A stretch of DNA of 64,000 nucleotides from Octopus sinensis (GCF_006345805.1 NC_043004.1:10044001-10108000), one strand, 5' to 3'. Numbered from the stretch's first letter, positions 12,633-25,073 are shown. Program-made: numbers and translations. Notes: a model not told the origin generated them from the letters alone.

Positions 12633-12669
12633 TTAATAAAGAGATGGACATATTCAACAAAATAGTGTT

Positions 12670-12824
12670 TGGCTGCGTGGTAAGTAGCTTGCTTACCAGC
12701 CACGTGGTTCCGGGTTCAGTCCCGCTGCGTGGCATCTTGGGCAAGTGTCTTCTGCTATAGCCCCGGGCCGACCAATGCATTGTGAGTGGATTTGGTAGAC
12801 GGAAACTGAAAGAAGCCTGTCGTA

Positions 12825-12909
<85 letters not shown>

Positions 12910-13105
12910 TTGTGTGTCTGCGTTTGTCCCCCTAGCATTGCTTGACAACCGATGCTGGTGTGTTTACGTCCCCGTCACTTAGCGGTTCGGCAAAAGAGAC
13001 CGATAGAATAAGTACTGGGCTTACAAAGAATAAGTCCCGGGGTCGATTTGCTCGACTAAAGGCGGTGCTCCAGCATGGCCGCAGTCAAATGACTGAAACA
13101 AATAA
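12670..13105 (+). mobile_element. SINE family A, near full length
   Basis: A box TGGCTGCGTGG, B box GGTTCAGTCC, internal (TA)n(TG)n and the tail 'gctccagcatggccgcagtcaaatgactgaaacaa'. Confidence 0.92.
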
Positions 13106-13419
13106 AAAAAAAAAAAAAGATATATATTTGGAAAATAAACGGGATGGTCAAAGCTGCTGAAATACTTTTGACCATAAGTTTACGCTCGATTAGAGTTGTA
13201 CCTGTGGCTACAACAACAGCAGCAGCAGGAGGAGGAGGAGGAGGAGGCGAAGAGGAGGAGGGGGAGGAGGAACAACGTGAGAAGGAAAAACAGCCTGTTA
13301 CTGGCGGCAAGCTAAGCGTGATGGAAGTTAACTCTCATACTTTTGTTCAGTTTCATTGGTTTTTAAAATATAATCAACTTTCTTCTTTGATCAACCGTAG
13401 ATTGATCATAAAACGCGCG

Positions 13420-13870
13420 CACACACACATACACACATACACACAAGCACATACAGTCATACACGTACGGACACAGATACACGTACAGTCATACACGTAC
13501 GCACACAGACACACGTACAGTCATACACACACATACACGTACAGTCATACACGCACACACACACACTCACACTCACACGTACAGTCGTACACGCACGTAC
13601 ACACACGTACAGTCAAAGATTCACATACAGACATACACGCACACACACACGTAAGTCATACACGCACAAACATACATATACAATCATACACGCACACACA
13701 CACATACAGACACACACGCATACACACATACAGATATATACGCACACACACGTAAGTCATACATGCATACACATACACGTACAGTCATACACGCTTGCAC
13801 ACGCACTCACACGTACAGTCATACATGCCAACACACATACACACACTTATAGCCATACACACACACATAC
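13420..13870. repeat. CA-rich minisatellite with a recurrent 'acacgtacagtcatac' unit
   Basis: Directly visible. Confidence 0.85.
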
Positions 13871-13994
13871 ATGCACACGCATGCATACTCTCACGCGGGG
13901 TATGCGGAAGCGTACACACATGCGCGCTTGCACTGGCGCGCAGACATATGTATAAGTGTGCATGTAGGTTGTAATAGTGTCGACAGAGAGAGAG

Positions 13995-14033
<39 letters not shown>

Positions 14034-14407
14034 CAGAGAGGGAAAGGAGATAAATCTACTTGCTATTCGTGTCCTATGGTAATGTGGCACGACCATTAAT
14101 TTCCCCCACCCCACCCCCTCTCCTCCTCATCAGTTTCGTAATCCTCTTCTCTTCTTTCTCCCACCGTCTTCAACCCTCTTTCAAATCCTCTTTATACACC
14201 GCTCTGTCCCCTCCACAAACTCTCTCACCCTTTTCACCCCTTTCCAAAAAGCCCCTGCTTTCCCTTTCCCCCCCCTTTCCCCTTCCGGTCTTCTTTCTCC
14301 CATTGAGACTATGAAAAAATAAAACACTCCTATCAATGCCATTGTCTTACACATCTACTATTAACATAGACAAATCTATTTCCCGCCCAAGTTACAATTA
14401 CTATTAC

Positions 14408-14469
<62 letters not shown>

Positions 14470-14658
14470 GTCCTAACCTCCGACCTAATCCCATAAATAT
14501 TTCTCAGCTGCAAACTTAGTCCTCCGCCTCCTCCTCCACCTCCTCCTCTTCCCCCTTCTCTCCTCTCTCCTCTCTCCTCTCTCTCTCTCTCTCCTCCAAA
14601 TCCTTTGCTCTTTTCTTTGGGCAAGATAGACATCGCTAAATCCACACGGCCAGATAAC

Positions 14659-16075
14659 TTTCTTTTATTAGCCACACCGGGCTGAATACAGAGGGGACAA
14701 ATACAAATGCAGAGCTTTTTCTTTTCGAGGGTGGAAAAATAATAAAAAATGTAAGATTGCGCACAAAGGGATCGAGAGGAGAAAAAAAAGGAAAAAAAAA
14801 GAAAATCGTGTATCACAGAAATATGGTGTAACATTGATATAACAAGATTGGGTTCACCGTGGGAAGAAAAGCCTACAAAAAGACCACACGGGAACCCCTT
14901 CAGGGATGGAATAACACATGAGGTCAAAATGCTCTCTTTTTTTCTTTTTTTACGATCTACAGGATCATGCTCAAAATGGTTTCGTTACTAGCACGCACCA
15001 TCTTTGCAACATTCACCCATCTTTTTTGAATCTTTCGCGAGACAAAACTTCCCTCTCCATTCTCACCTTCTTTTCAAGTGGTACTTGAAAAGTTTGATGA
15101 GCGATTGGCCAGAGAGGTAAGTGTTGTCTCTAATCCTTTCGCTCGAGTCCACCACACACATTCTTTCACCATGGCCACCAGTACGATGAAAACTGCCTTG
15201 CCTTCCCGTTTGAGGGAAGGGGGGCGGAGCAATTCTCACGATAGACTCGGCCGTATAGGCGGATTCGTCCCACACGTGACAGCGCCGTTCGCATAAGCCC
15301 ACAGGTCGGAATGGTTGGACATTGCACGAGTGCGTGCAGAACGGTTTCGTCGCTCTGACCGCATCTCGGGCAAGTCGGTCCAGTTGTCTGGAACCGTGTC
15401 TGTAGAGCTTATCCCGAACAGGTAATGCTTCTCGATAGCACTGCCAGGCCAGGGATCTTTGGTGATTGTTCATAGGTCCCGGCCCGAAAGTTGTCCTGAA
15501 CAGGCGGGTCAGGTGTTCCTCGTCGACGCCCAGACTCTGCCCGAGTTCGTCGTCGCACCTCCCCTCCACTAATCCTCTATAGAATGCCTTTGTTGTGATG
15601 GAGTCGCACAAGTTCGATCCCGGACGGCAGAGTTCTTGAGAGCAACGCGACACTCACGGTGCCATTCGCCTAGCCTCGGTCTCTGCTTGATCCATGACTG
15701 TAGTTCGTCCAAGGAGACGAGCTGCGGGAAAGCGCGCCGCACAAAAGGCGACCACCCCTGTTCACCGTTTCTATGAAGCGCCGGAGATGTCGCAGTCTCA
15801 GCGCATGTCTGCGCATCATCAACCACGGCAGGCCCCCCAGCCCTCCATTTAGCGGGTGTTGGCAGCAAATGGATCGCCTAACCATCGGACGTTTCCCTTC
15901 CACAAGAAGCGGAAAGAGTATGCGTTCCAGTTTGGTGATGGTAGGGTCGGACAAGGCCGACGGTCAGACGGTACTCGATGACGGATGCGATGTCGCGTTC
16001 GCCACCTCCGCCGACCTTTTAGGGATAGCTTTCTCTCAGTCCATTTCTGGGTGAGAGTAGCAATCCTAGCTGTTA
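14659..16075 (-). mobile_element. Tx1/L1-clade LINE, 5'-truncated: ORF2 C-terminal part and 3' UTR
   Basis: KWTERKLSLKGR, HPLNGGLG, AWQCYREALPVRDKL and zinc knuckle CPRCGQSDETVLHALVQC; several frameshifts; 3' UTR ends AATAAAAGAAA. Confidence 0.88.
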
Positions 16076-16234
16076 GCCTTTTGGAAAAGTAATTATTCGG
16101 CTGGAATAAATTCTTATCGTCACCAATTTCGCAGCTCCACACAACACTCCTCCCCTACTTCTCTCTCACTCTTCTCTTCACTCTCCCTCTCTCTCTCTCC
16201 TACTCTCTCTCCTTCTCTCTCGCTCTGTCTGTCT

Positions 16235-16290
<56 letters not shown>

Positions 16291-16301
16291 ATGTATGTAT
16301 G

Positions 16302-16343
<42 letters not shown>

Positions 16344-16349
16344 GTACAT

Positions 16350-16395
<46 letters not shown>

Positions 16396-16798
16396 TGCAC
16401 GCGCGTCCCTGCTTGTGTGTGTGTGCTATGTGCATATGTGTGTGTATCCTTGATTTTTTATCTTTGTTGTCTGGTTGCTATCAATTTGTGAATCATAAGA
16501 GGTATACAAATGTTAAACTTCTAATGGTCAAGAGAGAGAGAGAGAGAGAGAGAGAGTGAGAGAGAGAGAGAGGGGGGGACAAAGAAGGATATTGGGAGAA
16601 AAAAAGAAAAAACTCTTCGACCTTGCTAAATATAACCAATTCCGTCAAACTTTTATTTTGATCGATTCGTGCAAAGGACCCTCACGTAGTCACCAACCTG
16701 CTAGAAATAGAAAACACGTCCCTCCCAAAATATATCATACTCCAATGCTAGCTCTTAATAAAGAAAGAATATATTAATATTTAATATATTAAAACATT

Positions 16799-17190
16799 AA
16801 GGCGGCGAGCTGGCAGAAACGTTAGCAGGCCGGGTGAAATGCGTAGCCGTATTTCGTCTGCCGTTACGTTCTGAGTTTAAATTTCGCCTAGGTCGACTTT
16901 ACCCTTCATCCTCTCGGGGCCGATAAATTAACTACCAGTTACGCACTGGAGTCGATATAATCGACTTAATCCGTTTGTCTGTCCTTGTTTGTCCTCTCTG
17001 TGTTTAGCTCCCTGTGGGTAGTAGAGAAATAAGTATTTCGTATGTCTTTACGTTCTGAGTTCAAATTCGTCCGAGGTCGACTTTGCCTTTCATCCAATTG
17101 GGATCGATAAATTAAGTACTAGTTGCGTACTGGGGTCGATATATTCGACTGGCCCTCTCCCCCAAAATTTTGGGTCTTGTGTAGAAAAGA
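16799..17190 (+). mobile_element. SINE family B dimer (tail 1 followed by tail 2)
   Basis: Head 'ggcggcgagctggcagaaacgttagc' plus two 'gagttcaaatt..gtcgactttgcctttcatcc' bodies. Confidence 0.88.
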
Positions 17191-17212
17191 ACATATTAAA
17201 AGATTAGTCCAA

Positions 17213-17351
17213 GACGTGGCTGCGTGGTAAGGAGGTTTCTTTCCCAACCACATGGTTCTTGGCACTTTGGTCAAGTGTCTTCTACTATAGCTTCGGGGCT
17301 ACCAAAACTTTATGAGTGGACTTGATTTAAAGGAAACTGAAAGAAGCCAGT

Positions 17352-17399
<48 letters not shown>

Positions 17400-17708
17400 T
17401 AATACCAATTACCCTTGGATGGAATTTATAAACATTTAATGCATGGCTACGCGCGTTTCACAAATCAGATGTCTCTTAAGAGTAAAGACCTCCTGCGGTC
17501 ATGAATGACCATGTGATTGTACATAGAAAGTTCCCCTCCAAGGCACAAGTCTGGGCAAGGTGGTTTACGGAAGACTAGCGATCGGCCATGTATAACATGT
17601 ATACCATCTCCCCTCCAATCAGCATCGTTAAACTGTTGCCGGCATAATAAATAGGAGCTTTATTTGCATATTCAAAACGTTTCCTTTAAACAAATACACA
17701 CGCGCGCG

Positions 17709-17743
<35 letters not shown>

Positions 17744-18195
17744 ACACACACACACACACAAACACACACACGCACACACATATGTGCGTGTGTGACCTCC
17801 TCCAGTGCCCCCTCCCCTCTCAGAAGAGATTTTTTTGTCTTGCAAGTATTTGGTGACCTTGTCAGCGCAGCTGCCTCTTAAAACAATCCAGTCCACTGAG
17901 TGGTTGGTGATAGGAAGAGCATCCAACTGTAAAAATCCTGCTAAAACAGTTACAGGAGTCTAGTGCAGGCTTCTGGTGCGCGCGCATCTTTGTTTCTGTG
18001 TTTTTCCACCCACCACGCATTAACGATTGGCGTTGGCGAGTTTACGCCCTCATAACTGCACAGTTCGGCAAAAGACACCGATAGAATATGTACTAGGCTT
18101 AGAAATGTAAGAACTGGGGTCGATTCGTTCGACTAAAATTCTTTAAAGCGATGCCATAGCATGGTTGTATTCTAATGACTAAAGCAATGTAAAAA
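17213..18195 (+). mobile_element. SINE family A split by insertions (PLE-like piece 17397-17478, SINE D piece 17480-17620, SINE E piece 17790-17975)
   Basis: Head at 17213-17355 and tail at 17990-18195; the PLE-like piece carries minus-strand GAAACGCGCGTA. Confidence 0.7.
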
Positions 18196-18242
18196 AGGGA
18201 GTGGGGAGGGAGTAAGCATTGGAGTCGAGTAATCGACTAAAC

Positions 18243-18509
18243 CAGTGGTTCCCAAACTTTATCAGGCTTCCACCCCCTTAGGGGAGCCACATTCCTAGTG
18301 CCTTCCCCCTGCCCACCATCATAGACATTGACCATTTTCTGCAGCAAATTCAAAACAATATTTCACAAAGAAAAAACTTAACTTGATTAAACTCTTTATT
18401 TTTTTGTTTTGTTTTAACATCTACTACCCCATTTTGGTCACCCAATTATCGCCCCATTTTTCTTCAACGCCATCCTGGATCTTTCCCCAGCCCACTTTAG
18501 GAACCACTG
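18243..18509. mobile_element. hAT (Charlie-like) MITE
   Basis: TIRs CAGTGGTTCC/GGAACCACTG; 8-bp GACTAAAC at 18235-18242 and 18511-18518. Confidence 0.88.
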
Positions 18510-18746
18510 GGACTAAACTCTTCGAAACGGTACCCCAGTATGAACGCAACCCAATGTCTGAAACAATAGAACAGATGAGATAGGTAAAAAGATTTGGACA
18601 TTCAGTTAGTATGTCGTTTTAAAAGTCGAGAATAACAGCTGAGGAGAACAATGTTGATGTAGGAAGAGGGCGAGAACTAAGAGGATGATATTTCAGGGAT
18701 GATCTTCAAAGCATACACGAACGTGTCTGTTTGTTGTTGCTTAGCC

Positions 18747-19016
18747 CAGTGATTCTCAACCATCTTTTTCCTATGGAATCCTTTGGTTTCTATTCTATTC
18801 GGATGGACCATCATAGTCATTCGATATAAAAAAAAAACAAAAACAAAGCAAACTATTATATCTTAATAGTTAAATATTTGGAATTGTATAAAAAAGATTG
18901 TTAAAGATATTTTGTGTATTGCAGAAGTTTAACTAATTCATTTCACATAAATTTTAACAACAAAATCTTAAATAGACCCTTCCAAGGGTCATATGAACTT
19001 CGGTTGAGAACCACTG
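18747..19016. mobile_element. hAT (Charlie-like) MITE
   Basis: TIRs CAGTGATTCTCAACC/GGTTGAGAACCACTG; TSD GCTTAGCC/GTTTAGCC. Confidence 0.88.
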
Positions 19017-19109
19017 GTTTAGCCCAATATCAACCTTGATCCAGAAGATCTATGGTGATGGACAATACAGTTATGACTATCACAAATTTTATTAGTCATT
19101 ATTTACCCA

Positions 19110-19465
19110 AGGTGAAGGCGCATGGCTCGGTGGTTAGAGTGTCAGGCTCACAAACATGATGTAACGATTTCGATTCCCCGACTGGGCTGTATGTTGTGTT
19201 CTTGAGTAGGACACTTTATTTCATGTTGCTACAGTTCACTCAGCTGTAGAAATAAGTTGCGATGTCACTGCTACCAAGCTGTATCGGTCTTTGCCTCTCG
19301 TTTGGATAACATCAGTGGTGTGGAGAGAGGAGGCTGGTATGCATGGGCGATTGCTGGTCTTCCATAAACAACATTGCCCGGACTTGTGCCTCAGAGAGAA
19401 ATTTTCTAGGTGCAATCCCATGGTCATTCATGACCGAAGTGGGTATCCTTACTCTTTTTACCGTT
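19110..19465 (+). mobile_element. tRNA-derived SINE family D, full length
   Basis: A box TGGCTCGGTGG, B box TTCGATTCC; TSD TTATTTACCCA at 19099-19109 and 19466-19476. Confidence 0.88.
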
Positions 19466-19629
19466 TTATTTACCCAGAGTAAAGTCTTAATGTCCTGAGT
19501 ACAAATTCCGTCGGACTCAGCTTTGCCTTTCATCCTTTGGGAGTCGATAAAACAAGCATCCGTCCAGCACAAGGGTCGATGTAATCGAGTAGCCCCTTAC
19601 TCAGAAATTTCAATCGTAGTGCCTAGAGT

Positions 19630-19946
19630 TTTTATTTATTTATGCGCCCTTTTCAAGCCTAGCCAGGCTCATGGGCCCGGGTTCCCGGTTTCTGAGGCGT
19701 ATGTGCTCCCCCCAGCTGGACGGGACACCAGTCTATCGCAGCGTCACTCAAGAAACAGGAAGAAAGAGTGAAAGAAAGTTGGGGCGAAAGAGTACAACAG
19801 GAGTCGCCACCACTCCCTGCCGGAGACTCGTGGAGCTTTAGGTGTTTTCGCTCAATAAACATACACAACGCCCGGTTTTGGAATCGAAACCGCGATCCTC
19901 CGACCGCGAGTCCGCTGCCCTAACCACTGGGCCATTGCGCCTCCAC
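19630..19946 (-). mobile_element. tRNA-derived SINE family G, full length, nested in a SINE B tail
   Basis: A box TGGCCCAGTGG, B box GGTTTCGATTCC; TSD AGTGCCTAGAGT at 19618-19629 and 19947-19958. Confidence 0.9.
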
Positions 19947-20974
19947 AGTGCCTAGAGTAGAAAATATTATTTACTCAGAATACATTAGCTATTGTGTACA
20001 TAATTTTAAATTGATCGGATGGTATTTGAGAGAGATATAGCTTTTATTTTCAGCAGATCGAACGACTATGTAACTACGTAGAGGCTCCTTCGTTCGTTGT
20101 AAGATAAGGTGAATGACACTGTTATAAGTAAGATAAGATGGATGCAGGTGAGAAGAAAGCAGAGAACAGAAACCAAAGACTCTTTATATGGAGTTAACAA
20201 CAACATCGATCTCCATGACAGCGTAGATGGAGAAGGTCAATGCCCTTTATTAGGCCATTTGAAATCCGTAAAGCTAGCCATAAAACCCATCCGTCCATAT
20301 ATCAATGCGTCAAGCAACGTATTTAGAATTTTACATTTACATTCTGTATGTACCTCAGAGCTTGTGTGAGTGTGTGTATGTTTGTACTTGTATGTTTGTG
20401 TGTGTACTATGTGTGTTTGTGTGTATTTGTGTGCGCGTATGTGTACTGTATCTATCAGCCATTCATCTTTCAATATATACACGTACATACATACATACAT
20501 GCGTGTATGCATGCACATGCACAAGTACATAATGCATACATACATACATACATACATACATACATACATACATACATACATACATACATACACACATACG
20601 TACGTACATACATAGAGACACACCGCACATTTATACGTTTCCATGCATACATACATGAACATGCATCTAACATGTATGAAAGTATATTTACAGATTAACT
20701 GTATCTGTGTATGTGCGTTTGTGAGTGTAGATAGATAGATAGAAACATACATACATGCATGCATGCATACATAGACACACATATACTTATATGTATATAT
20801 GTAAGTATATACACACACATATATGTCTGTGTGTATAGATATATACAGCATGGCCACAGCTCGTGAGCTGAAACTAGATAAAATAAAAATAAAATAAAAT
20901 AAAAATACATATATATACAAGTATGTATGTATGTATGTATGTATGTATGTATGTATGTATGTATGTATGTATCT

Positions 20975-22103
20975 GGTTTAGTCGCCAGTCAATCTCAAGA
21001 AAACTGTTGTCAAGTACCAACCTACCCCTGGTAAGCAGCATAGTGTACCAAATATCTATGTGTATGGTAAACGACTTGATGTAGTTGATCAGTTTGTCCA
21101 CCTGGGAAGCACTATTAATAGATATAGCAATTTGGATGATGAAATTCCATATAGAATTAGGAAAGCAAGTGTTGCTTTCGGAAGGCTAGAAAGGCGCTTC
21201 TGGAGTCGGCGAGACATATGCAGAAAGACAAAGATAAAGGTGTACAAGGCATGTGTGCTCCCTTCTCTTCTCTATACCACCTTAAACGACTGGAACGTTT
21301 CCATCAGATGTGTCTCAGACGGATCTACGGCATTAAGTGGGAAGACCGCATCAGTGATCTTGAAATATTGGAAGGCTCTCGGTGCGAAAGTATAGAAGCT
21401 CTTGTGTAAAAGCAAAGGCTCAGATGGAGTGGTCATCTGGTCAGGATGAAGGATTCAAGGATGCCAAAACAACTCTTTTATGGAGAGTTAGCTAAAGGAG
21501 AACGACCTCCATATAAACCAAAAAAGAGGTTTAAGAACTTGCTGAAGGCTTCCTTAAGAGATGCTTGCATCTCCCCTGACACATAGGAGGGCACAGCTAT
21601 TGATCGTAGCAGGTGGAAAAGGATTGTGCACGAGGGGACAGCTACTTTTGAGAAATCTCGAGTTGCGCATGAGAAAGTAAGGAGGGATGACAAGAAGGTC
21701 ATCACTGTTATACTTCCAGATGGGAAGGGTCTTCCTATGATGCTGATATGCAGTGTCTGTGCAAGACCCCGCCTCAATAAAGCTGGACTCAAGAGTCATC
21801 TTCGTAGTCATAAAGCGAGACAGATGAGTGACAACATAGTCACTGGTGGTGGTGTTACTCACCATACTAATCATATCTGTCAGGCATGTGGAAGAGAGTG
21901 TAATTCGGCAGGAGGACTTAAACGACATGCAAAGGTACATGAAGCCCAGTTACAACTACATCCGGCTATTACCGGTAAAGGTTTTAGCTGCCAATTCTGT
22001 ACCAGACACTGTAGATCTTTAGCTGGGCTAAAATGTCACATTCGATCACAGCACCAATAAGCTTCGTGCAATGGCCATACTCGAAAACGAGGGAGCAGCC
22101 ATC

Positions 22104-22105
<2 letters not shown>
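20975..22105 (+). mobile_element. RTE-clade LINE, 5'-truncated, ending in three C2H2 zinc fingers
   Basis: VDQFVHLGS..RIRKASVAFGRL..TKIKVYKACVLPSLLY, RLERFHQMCLRRI, RLRWSGHLVRM..PKQLFYGEL, DRSRW; CSVC..HLRSH, CQAC..HAKVH, CQFC..HIRSQH; a frameshift and stops are present. Confidence 0.92.
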
Positions 22106-22195
<90 letters not shown>

Positions 22196-22206
22196 ATATA
22201 TATATG

Positions 22207-22252
<46 letters not shown>

Positions 22253-22389
22253 TATATACATGACATACACACATACATATACATATTGAAATCGGTATTG
22301 ATATAAAATAATTTGATAATCATCGGATGTAGATGCCTGCCAAAGAAATGAACGGTTCCCACGTATACCCTTGTTACCCCAGCGACAGA

Positions 22390-22460
<71 letters not shown>

Positions 22461-22593
22461 TTCCTGTATATTCATATCCTTTCGTATCTACACACACGAC
22501 TAAGCGCACAGCACACATAAGAGCAAAAAGTGACAGCGTAACTCTGAGAGAATACAAAAAAAAAATCCTAATGAGCCTTATGTTGGTCTAAAT

Positions 22594-22867
22594 CAGTTGT
22601 TCTAAACCGTGGTCCATATGACCCTAGAGGATCCATTCAACCCTTCGGATCCATATAAGATTTAGTCTTTAAAAGTTATGTGCGATGAATTATTTATATT
22701 TCTACAATTCACGAAGTATTTTAACAATTTTTTCTATACAATTCCTTATTATATTTAATAATGAAAATATAATGGGAGGTTTTAAAACTTGAAATGGCTT
22801 TGGGGGTCCAGTAGAATAAAGCAGGAATCGAAGATGTTCGTAGGCAAAAAATGGTCGAAAACTACTG
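22594..22867. mobile_element. hAT MITE, same family as 18747-19016 in the opposite orientation
   Basis: CAG...CTG termini; TSD GTCTAAAT/GTTTAAAT; internal similarity. Confidence 0.8.
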
Positions 22868-22949
22868 GTTTAAATATTTACAAACTTCATGTGAATGTGT
22901 GTGTGTGTTTCTGTGTCTGTTTAAGTGTGTGTGTGTGTGTGTGTGTGGA

Positions 22950-23160
22950 AATTCACTTTCACGGCATTTGAATTCGTCGGTGGTATATCATATTTCGTTT
23001 GAATACCATCCGGTAGTTGAGTGTAGCTTTATGTATCAAGGCTATGAACATGTAAAATTCCCTCAGCGGATATATGATTTCATTTCGTCAATTGTAGATG
23101 GGTTATTGCGGTAGGCATTGAGCATTGAATGTTGTAATGTTTTCGATTGTGGCTTGTAAG
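22950..23160 (-). mobile_element. Naiad-type Penelope-like endonuclease fragment
   Basis: Close homolog of 8485-8630; SHNRK, YN*RNEIIYPL..LIHKATL and EFKCR motifs. Confidence 0.55.
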
Positions 23161-23349
23161 ACAAGAAAAACCAGCTTCCAACATACACATACAAAGCGAT
23201 AAACACTGGAGGCAACCAATCACTCTGTTAGAAGTTCGCAAGTACCACCTCACCGTATAACCCACATACTACCCTTAATTTCAATTGCCCCCTCCAGTCC
23301 CTAATGTAGTCCGTATTATTGATATTACCAGCCTGAAAATCAAAAGCTC

Positions 23350-23790
23350 TGAGATTAGATCAATGGAAGAATACTACCGCGAGAGTCAATTTTGTCTACG
23401 GCATTGAAAGCAAAATTGCCTGTACACTTAATCAGTTTGATATTGCAGTGTTTTACTATACCTATCAAAATCTCACCGGAATTCAGAGAACAATTTTCTA
23501 TGATCAGCGACCTCTACATTTGAAAAGTATGAAATCTTGGAGAGTCATTGTTGTACTCTTCCTAATATATCAAAAAGGAGGGAAACACACTGCTAGACGA
23601 TTCTATGGATATATTTGATGGAGTGGCGGTTGATGAACTCGTTGCACTGTTTATTGTCGATATTTTTAGGAAGAAGCATCACCCACATACCAAATGTTTA
23701 CAGAGATCTTGGCTTGGAAGGCATGACAAAAATGATCGACCACTTCATGAATAAATTTAGAAAGGTTATGATAAGAGCTTTGTTTAAATT
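23350..23790 (+). mobile_element. Naiad-type Penelope-like RT fragment
   Basis: DQWKNTT..NQFDIAVFY; MDIFDGVAVDELVALFI (cf. MGSFDGAEVCELVGLFI); YRDLGL (cf. YRDDGL). Confidence 0.7.
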
Positions 23791-23917
23791 TAACAATCTT
23801 CATCAATGTAACGATGGCTTATTTCCAAGGTGTTCGATTATATGTGGAAACAGGTAAGTACTACCCTTATGAGAAGCCAACCATCTTCTTTTAATTAGGT
23901 ATCTAGTAACTGTGATT

Positions 23918-24135
23918 AGGTGGCAAGATGGCAGAGTCGTTGGCACGCCGAGAAAAAATGCGGCATTTCATTTCGTCCATTTATTTTTAAATTCTGAGTT
24001 CAAATTCCGCCGAGGTCGACTTTGCCGTTCATCTTTTCGGGGTCGATAAATTAAGTACCAGTTAATCACTGGGATCGATATAATCGACTTACTCCCTCGC
24101 CCGAACTTGCTGTCCTTGTCCCAAAATTTGAAATC
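23918..24135 (+). mobile_element. SINE family B (tail 2)
   Basis: Diverged head, 'gtcgactttgccgttcatc' body and 'ccttgtcccaaaatttgaa' tail. Confidence 0.8.
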
Positions 24136-24150
24136 TGTAATTAGGAACCT

Positions 24151-24455
24151 AAAGAGCACTCCATCGGTTACGACGACGAGGGTCCCAGCTGATACGACCA
24201 ACGGAACAGCTTGCTCATGAAATTAACGTGTAAGTGGCTGAGCACTCTACAGACACGTGTACCTCTAACGTAGTTCTCAGGGAAAATCAGCGTGACACAG
24301 AGTGTGACAAGGCTGACTCTTTGAAATTCAGGTACTTCTCATTTTTGCCCGCTGAGTGGACTGGAGCGACATGAAATGAAGTGTCGTTAGAAATTGAACT
24401 CATGACCTTACGATCGTGACCCGAATGCCCTAACCACTAAGCCACGCGCCTTCAC
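24151..24455 (-). mobile_element. tRNA-derived SINE family C, full length
   Basis: Head GTGAAGGCGCGTGGCTTAGTGG; TSD ATTAGGAACCT at 24140-24150 and 24456-24466. Confidence 0.9.
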
Positions 24456-24600
24456 ATTAGGAACCTGGCAACAAATAAAAGCAGGAGAGTATTCTACTTG
24501 TCTTTCGATAGGAAAATTTGACAAAGCATCACCTGCTGGAACAAGGCCGTAGCCAGGAGTAACTTTTCAATGAAGAATTCACGCACCACAGCTACCTTCA

Positions 24601-24950
24601 TCTGTATATATAAAAGGCAGGATGTGTGTGTGTGTGGTGTGTGTGTGTGTGTGTGTACGTGAATGTAATTTATGCACGTCCACAAATTAGCACGCATGTC
24701 GCTCTAATTTTAGGAGGATATTCGTCAGGACCCTAGCTGTATTTTCGTCAACTTATTTTTTTTACCAGAGGCACCAGCAAATAGCATTAAAAATAAAATT
24801 TCAACCAAAACTTTTAACAATTTTCATGTCGGAGAAATCACCATTGTTTGCAAACAGGAGTTAAGTCCCCTTCTAGCTACGAGTAAGTTTTTGTTAAGAC
24901 TTTTGTTGTTTTTTTTCCATCGAGGAAAAAATGTTGATATACGGGCAACA
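24601..24950 (+). mobile_element. Non-autonomous Helitron-like element
   Basis: A|TCTGTATATATAAAAG start followed by (TG)n; the 3' end is unclear. Confidence 0.5.
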
Positions 24951-25073
24951 CACACACACACGCAACACACGCACGCACACACACACACACACACACACGA
25001 ACATGTATGCGTACAAAAAAATGTATGCAATAGGTGTATGTACGTACTTGTGTGTGTGTATTGCCCAGATATA

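Noticed and set aside
19860-19946. tRNA-like sequences with A/B boxes (also 19110, 24400, 37080)
   Set aside because: They are SINE heads continuous with body, tail and TSDs, with no full cloverleaf.
21626-22060. Host C2H2 zinc-finger gene
   Set aside because: It is in frame with RTE RT-thumb motifs and followed by a LINE-type tail.
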